Assembly (NCBI GenBank): GCA_963828195.1
Contig: CAWHDT010000007.1
Span: 1-64,000, forward strand
Length of the DNA: 64,000 nt
Direction: 5' to 3'
Origin: Candidatus Bathyarchaeota archaeon
GTDB taxonomy: Archaea; Thermoproteota; Bathyarchaeia; Bathyarchaeales; Bathycorpusculaceae
This document shows positions 28,935 through 39,152 of the stretch, piece after piece. A program made the translations under genes and the position numbers. Numbering within the stretch: the stretch's first letter is position 1; each line of letters opens with the position of its first letter. The notes below the pieces were generated by a model. It did no database searches. It was not told the DNA's origin and was given only the letters and a program-made list of their open reading frames with translations.

Positions 28935-29061
28935 TTACTCAATAAGAAATAGAGTAGGCACTGTTTGAGCATTTGCAGGGTTAATTATTAGCAAACTTGC
29001 ACGTGATATAGCCCTGATTAGAACCAGAATTAATGCAAAACCTCTTGTTGATACTACCCAT
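28935..29061 (-). pseudogene. Frameshifted signal-peptide remnant paralogous to 27999..28823
   Basis: MGSINK/GFALILVLI...NPANAQT; upstream region 29040-29115 resembles 28801-28878. Confidence 0.7.
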
Positions 29062-29292
29062 ACTTAGCCGTAGAGACGGTTGACGATAAAAGAGTTCCTG
29101 TAAAGATTTCTTGACACAAAAAACATGCGACAATATTACCGAGTACATTCAAAGGTTTAGGCTCCATTTTCTTCTATGGTCTAATTTAAATATTAACGAT
29201 GTTGCTCTTGTCACTTTGAGATTTTATTTTGTAGTCAAGGCTTAATGTCTGCAAAACTTTTTTAGAAGCCTTCACTTTGAAATTAGTGAGAG

Positions 29293-30621
29293 TTGGCTAG
29301 CCAATTCTTAAAGCACCATATGGATGTTTTATATTTGAAGTTTATCTGTGCATTTTGCGACACTTTCACTTTTGACGAGGAAAAAGGCGACTTAAGAGCA
29401 GAATTGCCGCCGAAAATCAGTTTGGAGCAAATACCGTCGGATTGGCGGTGCCCAGTCTGTGGACATTGGAGGGGCAACCTCAAAGAAATCAGCGATGAAG
29501 AATACACTGAGAAAAGAGCGAAATATGAAAAAAATTATCCACCAACAAATGAAAACCCCGTGAAAGACATCGTTTATTATCGTGACATCGCCAGAAAGCA
29601 GCTTGCACGGGTCTGCGCCGTCAACAAAGTCTGCGACGGAGACCCTGACAGGCTCTGCCAAGGCATGAAGTATGGTAAACCCGTCGGTTTCGGAGGCGCA
29701 GGACAAGGAAAAACCTGGAGCGCAAACTTTGAAGCTCTCTCGCAGTACAAGTTGAAAATGCGTGTTATCAAGGAACACCGTGAACCCCAATTTGAAACCT
29801 CATTTCTCGGAAACAAAATCGCGATTCCCGTGTTGGCGTCAAGCGTCAGTGGAGCCTTCCTGAATATGAACAATGCTTTAAGCGAAGAGGAATTTCAGCG
29901 GGGCATGATTGAGGGCGCTAAGCAAGCTGGCACAATTGGCTTAAGCGGCAACACCGTTGATGCACCCGATCATCCTGGAATAGAAGTTGTTGGCAGAAAC
30001 GGCGGCTGGGGCATCCCAGTTTTTAAAACTCAATCGCAAGAGAGGCTTCTGGAGCTGTTCAAGCGGTGTGAGGAAGCTAACGTTTTGGCTATCGGGGTTG
30101 ACCTGGACGGTTACGGATCCACGAATTGGGCGATGAGGGGCAAGCCGCTGTATCGGAAAAGCGAGCGTGAACTCAAGGAGCTTGTGGACTCCACAGAGAA
30201 GCCGGTGGTCTATAAGGGCATCATGAACGTTGAGGACGCGGGCAAAGTGGTTGATTCAGGTGCTCAAGCATTGGATGTCAGCAATCACGCAGGCAGAGTA
30301 ATGGATTGTGGGCAAGGCGTGGCAGAAGTTCTCCCAGACATAGCAGAAGTTTACAGGGGAAAAATAGCGATTATGGCTGATGGCGCCGTGCGAACGGGCT
30401 TTGACGTCCTGAAGCTGTTGGCTTTAGGCGCGGATGTGGCGTTGATTGGCAGGCCGCTGGCGTGGATGAGCCTTGCGGGCGGACCTGAAGCAGTTGCTAA
30501 GTATCTCGACTACGTGAAGAAGGATTTGCGGATGGCTATGGTGATGACGTGTTGTGACACGCTGGACGAAATCAGCCGAAAAATCTTGGTTTCAAATAAA
30601 TGGAGTGAAAACAAAACATGA
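29293..30621 (+). CDS. Rubredoxin-fused FMN-dependent alpha-hydroxy-acid dehydrogenase; start probably near 29335
   Basis: CAFC...[10 protein letters not shown] rubredoxin; [26 protein letters not shown] motifs. Confidence 0.9.
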   Translation: MASQFLKHHMDVLYLKFICAFCDTFTFDEEKGDLRAELPPKISLEQIPSDWRCPVCGHWRGNLKEISDEEYTEKRAKYEKNYPPTNENPVKDIVYYRDIARKQLARVCAVNKVCDGDPDRLCQGMKYGKPVGFGGAGQGKTWSANFEALSQYKLKMRVIKEHREPQFETSFLGNKIAIPVLASSVSGAFLNMNNALSEEEFQRGMIEGAKQAGTIGLSGNTVDAPDHPGIEVVGRNGGWGIPVFKTQSQERLLELFKRCEEANVLAIGVDLDGYGSTNWAMRGKPLYRKSERELKELVDSTEKPVVYKGIMNVEDAGKVVDSGAQALDVSNHAGRVMDCGQGVAEVLPDIAEVYRGKIAIMADGAVRTGFDVLKLLALGADVALIGRPLAWMSLAGGPEAVAKYLDYVKKDLRMAMVMTCCDTLDEISRKILVSNKWSENKT

Positions 30622-32342
30622 TTCGTGAGTATGATGCGGTGATAGTTGGCGCGGGAATCGCAGGGTTAACAGCTGCTCTTAAAGCCTCAGAAACCTGCAA
30701 TGTAGCTGTCATCAGCAAAGTGTATGCTTCCCGCTCTCACAGTGGTTCAGCTCAGGGTGGTATGGCGGCGGCTCTTGGCAATGAGGAGGAGGACCGCTGG
30801 GAATGGCACATGTTCGACACGGTGAAAGGCGGCGACTACCTAAGTGACCAGGACGTATGCGAAATTCTTGCGCGTGAAGCGCCCCAAAGAGTAATTGAAT
30901 TGGAGCATCTTGGCGTGCCTTTTAGCCGCAACGGCGAAGGCAAAATTGAGCAGCGCCGCTTCGGAGGGCACACTAGGAACTTTGGGGAGGCACCTGTTCG
31001 GCGTGCTTGTTACGCGTCCGATAGGACTGGGCGCGTGATTATGGATGCCCTGTATGACCACTGTTTGGTGCGGGGGGTAAAAATTTTCAACGAAGTCTTC
31101 GTTAACTCGCTGATGACGTCTGAGGGCAGATGCTGCGGCGTGTCAGGTTACGAGTTGGCGACTGGTAAGCCAGCGGTTTTCCATGCAAAAGCGGTTTTGC
31201 TTGCCACGGGCGGCTGCGGGAGAATCTTCAAAACAACGTCGATGTCTTTTGCTGCTACAGGCGACGGCTTTGCTTTAGCCTTCGACGCGGGGATTCCTCT
31301 TGAAGACATGGAGTTTGTCCAATTTCACCCTACAGGTATCCACGGTTTAGGCATCTTGGTTAGCGAAGCGGCAAGGGCGGAAGGAGGCATCCTGCGGAAC
31401 GGAGTAGGCGAGCGGTTTATGGAACGGTACGCGCCGACATTAAAGGACCTCGCTCCGCGAGACATTATTTCAAGAGCCATCTTAACTGAGGTCGCAGAGG
31501 GTAGAGGCGTCGAAGGTTCAGACTACGTTTATTTGGATTTGACTCATCTTGGCAAAGAACAACTGCAACTGAAGCTTTCGGAAGTTACCTCGTTTGTGAA
31601 GACATATCTCGGCATAGATGCAAGTGTATCGCCGATTCCTGTGGCGCCGACATGCCACTACATGATGGGAGGAATTCCTACTGATGCACTGGGACGTGTG
31701 CTGGCAGACGGGAAATCAGCCGTCATGCCGGGGCTGTATGCGGCTGGAGAATGCGCGTGCGTAAGTGTTCATGGAGCCAATAGGCTGGGCACGAATTCGC
31801 TGGTTGATCTGGTGGTTTTCGGCAAACGAGCAGGAGCAGACATCATGGAATACGCAGATAGGAACCCGTTGCCACCTTTACCTGCAGACGCAGAATATGC
31901 TGTTTCATCAAAAATTGCCAGAATACTGGGCACGGCTGGAGGGGAACGCGTGGCAGAGGTTCGTGACAACATGCAGAGGACAATGACTCAATTGTGCAGC
32001 GTCTTCCGTGACAGAAAGGGCTTGGAGCAGGCGCTGGAGAGAATTCGCGAGTTTCAAAGTAGAGCAGCTAATTTGGAGTTAACGTACAAGGGAAAACGTT
32101 TCAATTATGAGTTAGAGGAAGCGCTGGAGTTTGAAAACATGCTTAAGCTAGCAGAAGTCATTGTTTACTCTGCTTTGCAGCGTGAAGAAAGCCGCGGAGC
32201 GCATTACCGCAACGATTTTCCCGCCCGAAATGACGAGGCTTGGCTTAAGCATACCTTAGTTTTTCCTACGCCAATAGGTCTTGAGGTGCAGCATAAGCCT
32301 GTGGTTGTTACGCGTTTTGAACCTAAAGCAAGGGTGTATTAA
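30618..32342 (+). CDS. sdhA: Succinate dehydrogenase/fumarate reductase flavoprotein subunit
   Basis: [39 protein letters not shown]. Confidence 0.96.
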   Translation: MIREYDAVIVGAGIAGLTAALKASETCNVAVISKVYASRSHSGSAQGGMAAALGNEEEDRWEWHMFDTVKGGDYLSDQDVCEILAREAPQRVIELEHLGVPFSRNGEGKIEQRRFGGHTRNFGEAPVRRACYASDRTGRVIMDALYDHCLVRGVKIFNEVFVNSLMTSEGRCCGVSGYELATGKPAVFHAKAVLLATGGCGRIFKTTSMSFAATGDGFALAFDAGIPLEDMEFVQFHPTGIHGLGILVSEAARAEGGILRNGVGERFMERYAPTLKDLAPRDIISRAILTEVAEGRGVEGSDYVYLDLTHLGKEQLQLKLSEVTSFVKTYLGIDASVSPIPVAPTCHYMMGGIPTDALGRVLADGKSAVMPGLYAAGECACVSVHGANRLGTNSLVDLVVFGKRAGADIMEYADRNPLPPLPADAEYAVSSKIARILGTAGGERVAEVRDNMQRTMTQLCSVFRDRKGLEQALERIREFQSRAANLELTYKGKRFNYELEEALEFENMLKLAEVIVYSALQREESRGAHYRNDFPARNDEAWLKHTLVFPTPIGLEVQHKPVVVTRFEPKARVY

Positions 32343-32344
32343 TA

Positions 32345-33067
32345 ATGATGGTTAAATTGAAAATTTTCCGTTTCGAACCCCAAAACGACAGAGAACCCCA
32401 CTACGACGCCTTCACGGTGGAGGCTAAACCGACGGATAGACTGCTGGATTGCCTCAACAAAATACGCTGGGAACAAGACGGCAGCTTAGCATACCGAATG
32501 AGTTGCGCACACGGCATATGCGGCTCAGACGGCATGACTATTAACGGTGTTTCAGCGTTGGCTTGCCAGAAACTGGTCAAAGACTACGACGCCGACAAAG
32601 AAATCCTAGTTGAACCGCTAAGCGTTTTTCCAGTCGTTAAGGATTTGGTGGTGGATATGGAACCGTTTTTTGAGAGAGAAAAATCAGTGCATCCTCCAAG
32701 CGGCATAATGCTGACCGACGCTGCAGAGGGCAAAGAACACCTGCAAACCGTTGAGCAGCGCCTCCAGTTTGACGACGACATAAAATGCATAATGTGCGCC
32801 TGCTGCGTCTCTGCCTGCCCCGTAAACCAGAAAGAAGACCCAGCATATGTGGGTCCGGCGGCGATTGTTCGAGCGCACAGGTACATCTTTGATAGCCGCG
32901 TCAAAGACATGTTAGAGCGCCTGCAGATCATGGATAAGCCACATGGTGCCTGGAGCTGCAAAAGCTACTACAAATGCACAAGGGTTTGCCCCAAAGAAAT
33001 CCAAGTAACAAAGCACATTCTGGAAGTAAAAGCCAAAATTCTCAGCGAGCTACGTCCAAAGAAGTAG
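32345..33067 (+). CDS. sdhB: Succinate dehydrogenase/fumarate reductase Fe-S subunit
   Basis: SCAHGICGSD, CIMCACCVSACP, C.....C...CP. Confidence 0.95.
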   Translation: MMVKLKIFRFEPQNDREPHYDAFTVEAKPTDRLLDCLNKIRWEQDGSLAYRMSCAHGICGSDGMTINGVSALACQKLVKDYDADKEILVEPLSVFPVVKDLVVDMEPFFEREKSVHPPSGIMLTDAAEGKEHLQTVEQRLQFDDDIKCIMCACCVSACPVNQKEDPAYVGPAAIVRAHRYIFDSRVKDMLERLQIMDKPHGAWSCKSYYKCTRVCPKEIQVTKHILEVKAKILSELRPKK

Positions 33068-33113
33068 CATCTGAAGTGAGCAGCGGTACAGAATTTGAAC
33101 CCGCGTACAATGC

Positions 33114-34307
33114 TTATTTGAGAGCTATTGCCCGCTTTGAGAGGGGAACGTATTGGCAGCCGATTTTTCCGCAGTAGTTGCCTCTGTATTCTGATGTTGG
33201 GCGGTAAAGTTCGGGTTTGATGGGTGGCTCAGGAAACTTTTCTTCAATTATGTGTGCTGCCCACCCTGGAATTCTAGCTACTGCAAAAACTGGCGTGAAC
33301 AAATCGTCAGGAATCCCCATCATGTGGTAGACCGAGGCGCTGTACAGGTCAACGTTGGCGTAGATTTCGCCGCCCTTGCGTTTCCGATACTCACGTTGCG
33401 TGATATCCTCAATCTCTTTAGTGATAAGGTACCATTTGGGGTCACCCGTGTCCCTTGCAAGTTTCTCAGAAATATGCCTAAGCAAATCCGCACGTGGGTC
33501 TAAGGCTTTGTAAACTGCGTGCCCCATCCCCATAACTCTTTCATGGCGGTCAAACTTTGATTTGACCCAAGCCTCAACGTTAGCTGGGTCTCCGATTTCT
33601 ACAAGGTTCCGCATGGTCTGCATGTTGGCGCCTCCATGCAACTCGCCCGAGAGTGACCCAACCGCAGCGCCGACGGCAGCGTACATGTGCGCCCTAGTTG
33701 AAGCAACCACTCTAGCCGCGAAAGTTGACGCGTTAAACGAGTGCTCGGCATGCAAAACCAAAGCCGTGTCAAAATCTTTAGCGATTCCTTCATCAGGCGC
33801 CTGCCCCGTGAGCATATAGAGGAAGTTTGCGGCGCGGTTGAGCTTTGAGTCTGGGTCGATGGGGGAGAGGTTTTTTCTTATTCTATCCCAAGCCGCCACC
33901 ACCGTGGGTAACGCCGCTATGAGCCTTATGGCACGTTTCAGGTTGGCTTCTTTTGAGTCATCTTGCCTTTCAGGGTCAAAGCTTGCCAACAAAGACACAG
34001 TGGCTTGCAGAACATCCATAGGCGAAGCCGTGTGTGGAAGCTTCTTTAATACTTCGATAATGCTGTCAGGAAGCTTTCTTTCCGCCGCAAGTTTCTTTGA
34101 GAACTCTTCAAGCTCAGCGCCTAAGGGCAAAGTGCCGTACAATAGGAGATAAGCGACTTCTTCATCTGAGGCATAAGCCGCTAAGTCATGAATGTCAAAG
34201 CCCCGGTAAGAAAGCTCGCCTTTAGCACCGTCGATAAGAGAGATGGCGGTGTCGGCGACAAGAACTCCACGCAGCCCAATGTCCTTTGTAGAAGATGAAG
34301 CAGCCAT
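33114..34307 (-). CDS. Citrate/methylcitrate synthase
   Basis: GLRGV, EHSFNASTF, LHGGAN, GMGHAVYK..DPRA, NVDLYS. Confidence 0.93.
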   Translation of the reverse strand: MAASSSTKDIGLRGVLVADTAISLIDGAKGELSYRGFDIHDLAAYASDEEVAYLLLYGTLPLGAELEEFSKKLAAERKLPDSIIEVLKKLPHTASPMDVLQATVSLLASFDPERQDDSKEANLKRAIRLIAALPTVVAAWDRIRKNLSPIDPDSKLNRAANFLYMLTGQAPDEGIAKDFDTALVLHAEHSFNASTFAARVVASTRAHMYAAVGAAVGSLSGELHGGANMQTMRNLVEIGDPANVEAWVKSKFDRHERVMGMGHAVYKALDPRADLLRHISEKLARDTGDPKWYLITKEIEDITQREYRKRKGGEIYANVDLYSASVYHMMGIPDDLFTPVFAVARIPGWAAHIIEEKFPEPPIKPELYRPTSEYRGNYCGKIGCQYVPLSKRAIALK

Positions 34308-34667
34308 AATTTCAATCAACCCTTGCCCGTAGAAAGATGGGTTTTTGCGCGGCTGAAAGCAAGCGAGCTTTGCTGCCGCAGTTTAGGCAGTTTAAACGTA
34401 AAAATTGCGTTTCAAAACACCATTCGGTATGTTGCTTGGCGGGCAATAAAAGAGTTTGTTGTAGTAGCTAGGCGACCACAGTCTTGTTACGCCAAATTAT
34501 CTGAGCGAGGGCTTACTTACGGCTTTAGAACTAAACCCCCAACTGCGCTAACTCTTTGTCCAAATAAGTTACTCAAATCCGACCAAAATTTTTGTTTAAC
34601 TTTTCTTCCTCAGCAAGAAATCCGAAAAAGTTATAGCTCCAAGAAAAGATACTTAAGGTGTGATTTT

Positions 34668-35095
34668 ATGCAGTTTTTAACCGTAAGCGACGAATCCGGC
34701 GTTCAACATAAAGTTCTTGTTGTTTCTTTAGGCGAAACTGAAATGAATCACCTTACAGGTCAATGCAAACTATGCCGTCTATTTCCGTTTAACCGTTGGT
34801 TCAAAGTGGGCACCCCTATGTTATTGTCGATTTTGGCGGTGCTGACTCTTGGAAAACGGTAATAGCTCTCGACGAAGTGTCTGAGAACGGGGAGAGGGTG
34901 GGCGATGAATTGGCGGTTGGAGACGTTTTAACGGTGATTTTAACTTCTAATCCAAAAGCAGTAAACATCTCTAAAGATAAGGTTTACATGAGCGTGCTGC
35001 CGGAAGAGGTTTTAGCCTTCAGTTTCCTCTACACGGCGGATATGGCAGAAAACTACGCGGTGTTCAAAATGTTCAAGCAGCCCAAAAGCGAATAA
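34668..35095 (+). pseudogene. Hypothetical gene interrupted by two apparent frameshifts near 34745 and 34795
   Basis: AAGGTGTGA RBS and ATG at 34668; three overlapping coding-like frames. Confidence 0.45.
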
Positions 35096-35120
35096 AAGCA
35101 GGGCTAACTTCAAGACACAT

Positions 35121-35771
35121 CTATTTCAGGTAACGTAGAAACCAGTCTGCCGCCAGTTTAGAGACCTCTTCAAGTTTCCCAGGTTCCTCAAAGAGATGAG
35201 TTGCGCCTGGAATAATTACTAGTTTTTTTTCAGCAGACATTTGCTCCATAGCCTGCTTATTTAACTCTATAACCTCTTCATCTAACCCTCCCACCAACAG
35301 AAGAGTTGGCGCCGCCACTCTGCGTAGATAATCAGATGCTAGATCAGGTCGCCCTCCACGCGAAACCACAGCGGCAATGTCGGTTGGAAGCTCAGCAGCC
35401 GCGATTAAAGCTGCAGCAGCGCCCGTGCTTGCGCCGAAGTAGCCGAACGAGCAGTTTTTTGTCTGCGGGTCTTTTCTAAGCCATGTCGTGGCACCTACCA
35501 GGCGTTGAGCTAGCAACCTGATGTTGAACCGGTACTCGCCCGTTTCTATGTCCGCTTGGTCTTCTTCATCGGTAAGCAGGTCAAACAGTAATGTCGCGAT
35601 TTTTTGAGCGTTGAAAACTTTTGCCACATACTGATTTCTTGGGCTGAATCTACTGCTGCCGCTTCCATGCGCGAATAACACGACGCCTCTGGCGCCTGAA
35701 GGAACAGTTAAGTCGCCGGCTACAACTACGCCGCCGACGGGAATTCTAACGGCGGTTTCTTTATGAATCAT
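35121..35771 (-). CDS. Dienelactone hydrolase-like alpha/beta hydrolase
   Basis: FAHGSGSSRFSPRN, GASTG, SRGGRPDL, ATHLFEE. Confidence 0.92.
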   Translation of the reverse strand: MIHKETAVRIPVGGVVVAGDLTVPSGARGVVLFAHGSGSSRFSPRNQYVAKVFNAQKIATLLFDLLTDEEDQADIETGEYRFNIRLLAQRLVGATTWLRKDPQTKNCSFGYFGASTGAAAALIAAAELPTDIAAVVSRGGRPDLASDYLRRVAAPTLLLVGGLDEEVIELNKQAMEQMSAEKKLVIIPGATHLFEEPGKLEEVSKLAADWFLRYLK

Positions 35772-36442
35772 GCCGTCACCATCCCCGCTGGCTTCTCACG
35801 GCTTTTCTGTTTGCTTTTTTTAAGCAGCTCTATTACTTCCTCGTCTGTGGTTTGGCTAAAATCCGAGTAGAATTGCCCTATAGCTTCGAAGTATTCGGGA
35901 GTGTAGAGGCATACGACGCGGTCAGCTTGTTTCTTTAACTCTGTAATGGTTGAAGGTGGACCAACGGGAACAGCCACTGTGACAGTTTTTGCGCCCCTGT
36001 TTTTGACCGAAGCCAAAGCCGCCTTCATGGTTGAGCCTGTGGCAATCCCATCATCAACAACTATAACGTCGCGACCTTTCAAGTTGGGGTAAGGCTCGTT
36101 CTGCCTGTAAAATTTTAGTCTGCGCTCGATTTCGAGTTTTTGCCGTTTACTTTCCTCTTTAATATAGTCCCGTGGGGCACCAATATAGTTTATTAGGTTT
36201 TCATCAAGGATTATGGTGCCGTCCTCAGTCATTGCGCCAATAGCCAACTCAGGATTGTCTGGAGCACCAATTTTACGGGGAATAATAACGTCCAAAGGAA
36301 GATTCAGGGCTCGGGCAATTTCATAGCCGACAACCACGCCGCCCCTTGGGATAGCTAAAACAATCGCGTTTTTGCCAGCGAAACCTGCTAAGGCTGACGC
36401 TAAACGCTTTCCAGCTTCAATCCTATCACCAAAATAAGCCAT
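35768..36442 (-). CDS. Phosphoribosyltransferase family protein
   Basis: AIPRGGV, VVDDGIATGST. Confidence 0.92.
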   Translation of the reverse strand: MAYFGDRIEAGKRLASALAGFAGKNAIVLAIPRGGVVVGYEIARALNLPLDVIIPRKIGAPDNPELAIGAMTEDGTIILDENLINYIGAPRDYIKEESKRQKLEIERRLKFYRQNEPYPNLKGRDVIVVDDGIATGSTMKAALASVKNRGAKTVTVAVPVGPPSTITELKKQADRVVCLYTPEYFEAIGQFYSDFSQTTDEEVIELLKKSKQKSREKPAGMVTA

Positions 36443-36701
36443 AATTTCTTCCTCAGAAAATTCTCTGTACACATTAAAGCCCCTTGAAGTATAAAAGCAG
36501 TATTATTCCGTTTACAGGCACCTCTTACATCAAAGCTTCATCCTTGAGATCTTTAAGTGCGGATTTAAAACGGCTTGAAATCAAATTATTGGTAGACTTG
36601 GCTTTTAAAAAACGGGGACTCATCTTAAAGCAAAGCCAAAGAAATTGAACGTTAAGAATTCCACTTTTCGCCGATAAACCCGAAAACAAAAAACAATTGT
36701 T

Positions 36702-39107
36702 TTAGGGCTTTTTGGTCAGCACCTGGTTTTCTTTGTCGAAAGCGAATTCGCTGAATCTCTGCGTGTAGTAGATCTTCAGGTATTCGCCTGCAAACTTTGC
36801 TTCAAACGGAAGATCTTTAGGTGAAAGAGCCTTTTTCTGTTTTAATTGTTCTTCAATGGCTGCTTCCGCCGTTGGATAGTTAAGCAGAAACTCTTTCCAC
36901 TCATTGTAAGCCGCTAATGTCTTCACTGCTTCATCAACGTAAGTCAGGTAGAGGGGCAAGTTTTCCATTATTTGGTTAATCTTGTAGTTAGATGGGTTTG
37001 AGAGTGTTTCTGCCGCCTTCTTTAAGCGTTCACGCAGGGTGCTGTTTTTCTCCCACAGATAATCTTTTGTCGGTAGCAAACGTTCAATCGAGTCTTCCTC
37101 GCTGATCAATTCAGAATACAGCATGGAGAGCACGTCTTTGGAGATGTTGAGGAAAGATTGGATGTCATCGTTTAATTCGACAACATCCACGATGTTTAAC
37201 TGGTCCTTCTCAATCTTGTTCTCAGCTGTCAACTTCATTGACTCTGCTTTTTTGGAGTAATCCAGTACTTTCGGCAGGTTCTCGCCGAAAATCGCGGGCA
37301 AAACCTCATTTTCACTGTTTAAGTCCGCAATCGGCGTTAAGGAGGTTTTAAGGTACTTCATCGAATCCAAAATTTCAGCGCCGTACTGTCTCTTCCAATT
37401 ATTCAAAGAGCTGTACAGTGCCTCAATGGCAATCCAAGGCGACTCTTTTTGCTCAAGCTTCTGCAGCGTGAACTCTATTGCTCTGCTTTTCTCTGGAAGA
37501 TCTGGGTCATACAGTGGTCGAATGATTCCATAAATTGGCTCGGCAACTTGAACAACGTCTTTGGCAAGAACTCTTCCGCCGTCCAAGATTTGTTTGATGG
37601 CGTCTATTCTTGCATCAAGAGCCATCTCTTTTTGAAAATCAGGGTTCACCGTTGATTTCACTTGTAAGCCGCTGCCTTTTAGTTTTCCAACCCAGTCAGA
37701 AAATTCACAGTTAACAAAAATCTGGTATTCCGACAGTATCGCGTTTAGTTCCGATTCTAAACCGTCAATGTTTTTGCTTAACTTGCCCAGCTCCTCCAGT
37801 TTCTCATTTAAATCTGCTGGTTCGAAGTAGTGCATCGCCGATTTTTTCAATGTGTCTTCAAGAGAGTCTTTGATAACCAGCATTTTTCCTTCCGGAGCAC
37901 TTACGTCAACTGGAATGTTTTGTTTAACGGTGTCTAGTTGTTCCTCAAAAGTCTTCAGTCGATCCATGAGGGCTTGAGTTTTCTCCACTATCTCTGGGTC
38001 TGTCGCTATTTGCTTAGGAGTGTACTCGATGAAGGCAACTGGTAGGGTAAAGAGAAGCGTCGCTAAAGTACCGAACAGTATTGTGCCGCCGCCGACGTCA
38101 GCGGTGTAAGCCAAAGGCGCTTGGAGAGCGCTTAAAAGAATAAAGAACAAGGCGGCTGCAATGGTGGCGGTGAAGCAGGGAAAAAGCTTGTTGCCTTCGC
38201 CAATCAGGCTTTCTTTAACGAAAAGTCTTGTAAAGAAAACAAGTGCAATAGCAAGCCCTGCAACTATAACGATGAACATGATTAAGCCGGGGGCAGAGTC
38301 AAGATACTGCGATAACGCCGCGCTGAGGGTGCGCCCGTTGAAATTTGGAGTCCAAGTGAGTTGACCCGCAATTGAATAGACAACTTGCGACGTGTCGTAG
38401 AGTCGAAACTGACTGATTGTTGTATTTAGATTAGTGAAAATTAAGTTTAAGGCGGTGAAAAGCGGTGGGCTTGAACCGGGCGTGTTCCACCAGTCTGATC
38501 TCAGGATTGGGGCTACAGTGTAGGTGTAGTACTGGAGAATCTGAAGTGGCACAGAGATTAATGTGTAATAAATGATTGTTAGGGAGACGTATCGTTTGAA
38601 GTATACTGCTGAAGCCAAAATAATTGGGATAGCTAAAAAATATGTTGACCCTGAGAAAAGCATGGTAACAGCTAATAAGCCGAAATCAATTGCGAGAGCA
38701 CTTCTGTAACGGTGAAAAATAATGGGTAACCCAACAAACAGCGCCATCCACACAACTACTACAGCAAGACGATCTGTTGTGCTTCCAAGAAACGAAATAA
38801 AATAGAGTTCGGCAAGATGATACAGCAGACCTATCCCAACGATGGCGCCGCCGACAGGCATTCCGAACAGTGGATTTTGAAAAGTGAGAAATGCAACTAA
38901 AACGGCGAGGATAATCGGCAGGGGTTGAGGAAAAAGAGGCAGATAAGACATCGCCAACGCCATTGCGACAAGTGTTACTAGAAAAGTAAGTATTTTCAGC
39001 GGTTGAGATTCAAGGCTGCGGTCCTGTGCCTCCTTATCTTTTCGCTTCTGGCTCGCTGTTTTGAACCAAGATATCAAGCCTTTTTTAGCGGAGGAGGGCT
39101 TCGTCAA
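36702..39107 (-). CDS. Polytopic membrane protein with a long helical/coiled-coil C-terminal half
   Basis: About 9-10 hydrophobic segments in the first 360 aa, then a charged helical region. Confidence 0.85.
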   Translation of the reverse strand: MTKPSSAKKGLISWFKTASQKRKDKEAQDRSLESQPLKILTFLVTLVAMALAMSYLPLFPQPLPIILAVLVAFLTFQNPLFGMPVGGAIVGIGLLYHLAELYFISFLGSTTDRLAVVVVWMALFVGLPIIFHRYRSALAIDFGLLAVTMLFSGSTYFLAIPIILASAVYFKRYVSLTIIYYTLISVPLQILQYYTYTVAPILRSDWWNTPGSSPPLFTALNLIFTNLNTTISQFRLYDTSQVVYSIAGQLTWTPNFNGRTLSAALSQYLDSAPGLIMFIVIVAGLAIALVFFTRLFVKESLIGEGNKLFPCFTATIAAALFFILLSALQAPLAYTADVGGGTILFGTLATLLFTLPVAFIEYTPKQIATDPEIVEKTQALMDRLKTFEEQLDTVKQNIPVDVSAPEGKMLVIKDSLEDTLKKSAMHYFEPADLNEKLEELGKLSKNIDGLESELNAILSEYQIFVNCEFSDWVGKLKGSGLQVKSTVNPDFQKEMALDARIDAIKQILDGGRVLAKDVVQVAEPIYGIIRPLYDPDLPEKSRAIEFTLQKLEQKESPWIAIEALYSSLNNWKRQYGAEILDSMKYLKTSLTPIADLNSENEVLPAIFGENLPKVLDYSKKAESMKLTAENKIEKDQLNIVDVVELNDDIQSFLNISKDVLSMLYSELISEEDSIERLLPTKDYLWEKNSTLRERLKKAAETLSNPSNYKINQIMENLPLYLTYVDEAVKTLAAYNEWKEFLLNYPTAEAAIEEQLKQKKALSPKDLPFEAKFAGEYLKIYYTQRFSEFAFDKENQVLTKKP

Positions 39108-39152
39108 GCAATCAACCTAAAGCCTTATTTTAACTAACTCTTCTTAAAGGTT

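Larger units (their letters stand above)
27626..29160. mobile_element. Satellite cassette bounded by motif A (27626-27654) and motif B (29134-29160)
   Basis: AAGTCTTAAATCTGAAAAGCATAGAAAAA at the left end, TATTACCGAGTACATTCAAAGGTTTAG at the right end; AT-rich cargo between GC-richer metabolic genes. Confidence 0.6.

Noticed and set aside
33077-33110. tRNA T-arm-like fragment (GCGGGTTCAAATTCTGT on the minus strand)
   Set aside because: Stem is mostly G-U pairs, with no acceptor, D or anticodon arms; only 46 bp of intergenic space
34323-34862. 179-aa ORF as a real gene
   Set aside because: The upstream part looks non-coding; only the segment from ATG 34668 has an RBS and belongs to the frameshifted gene
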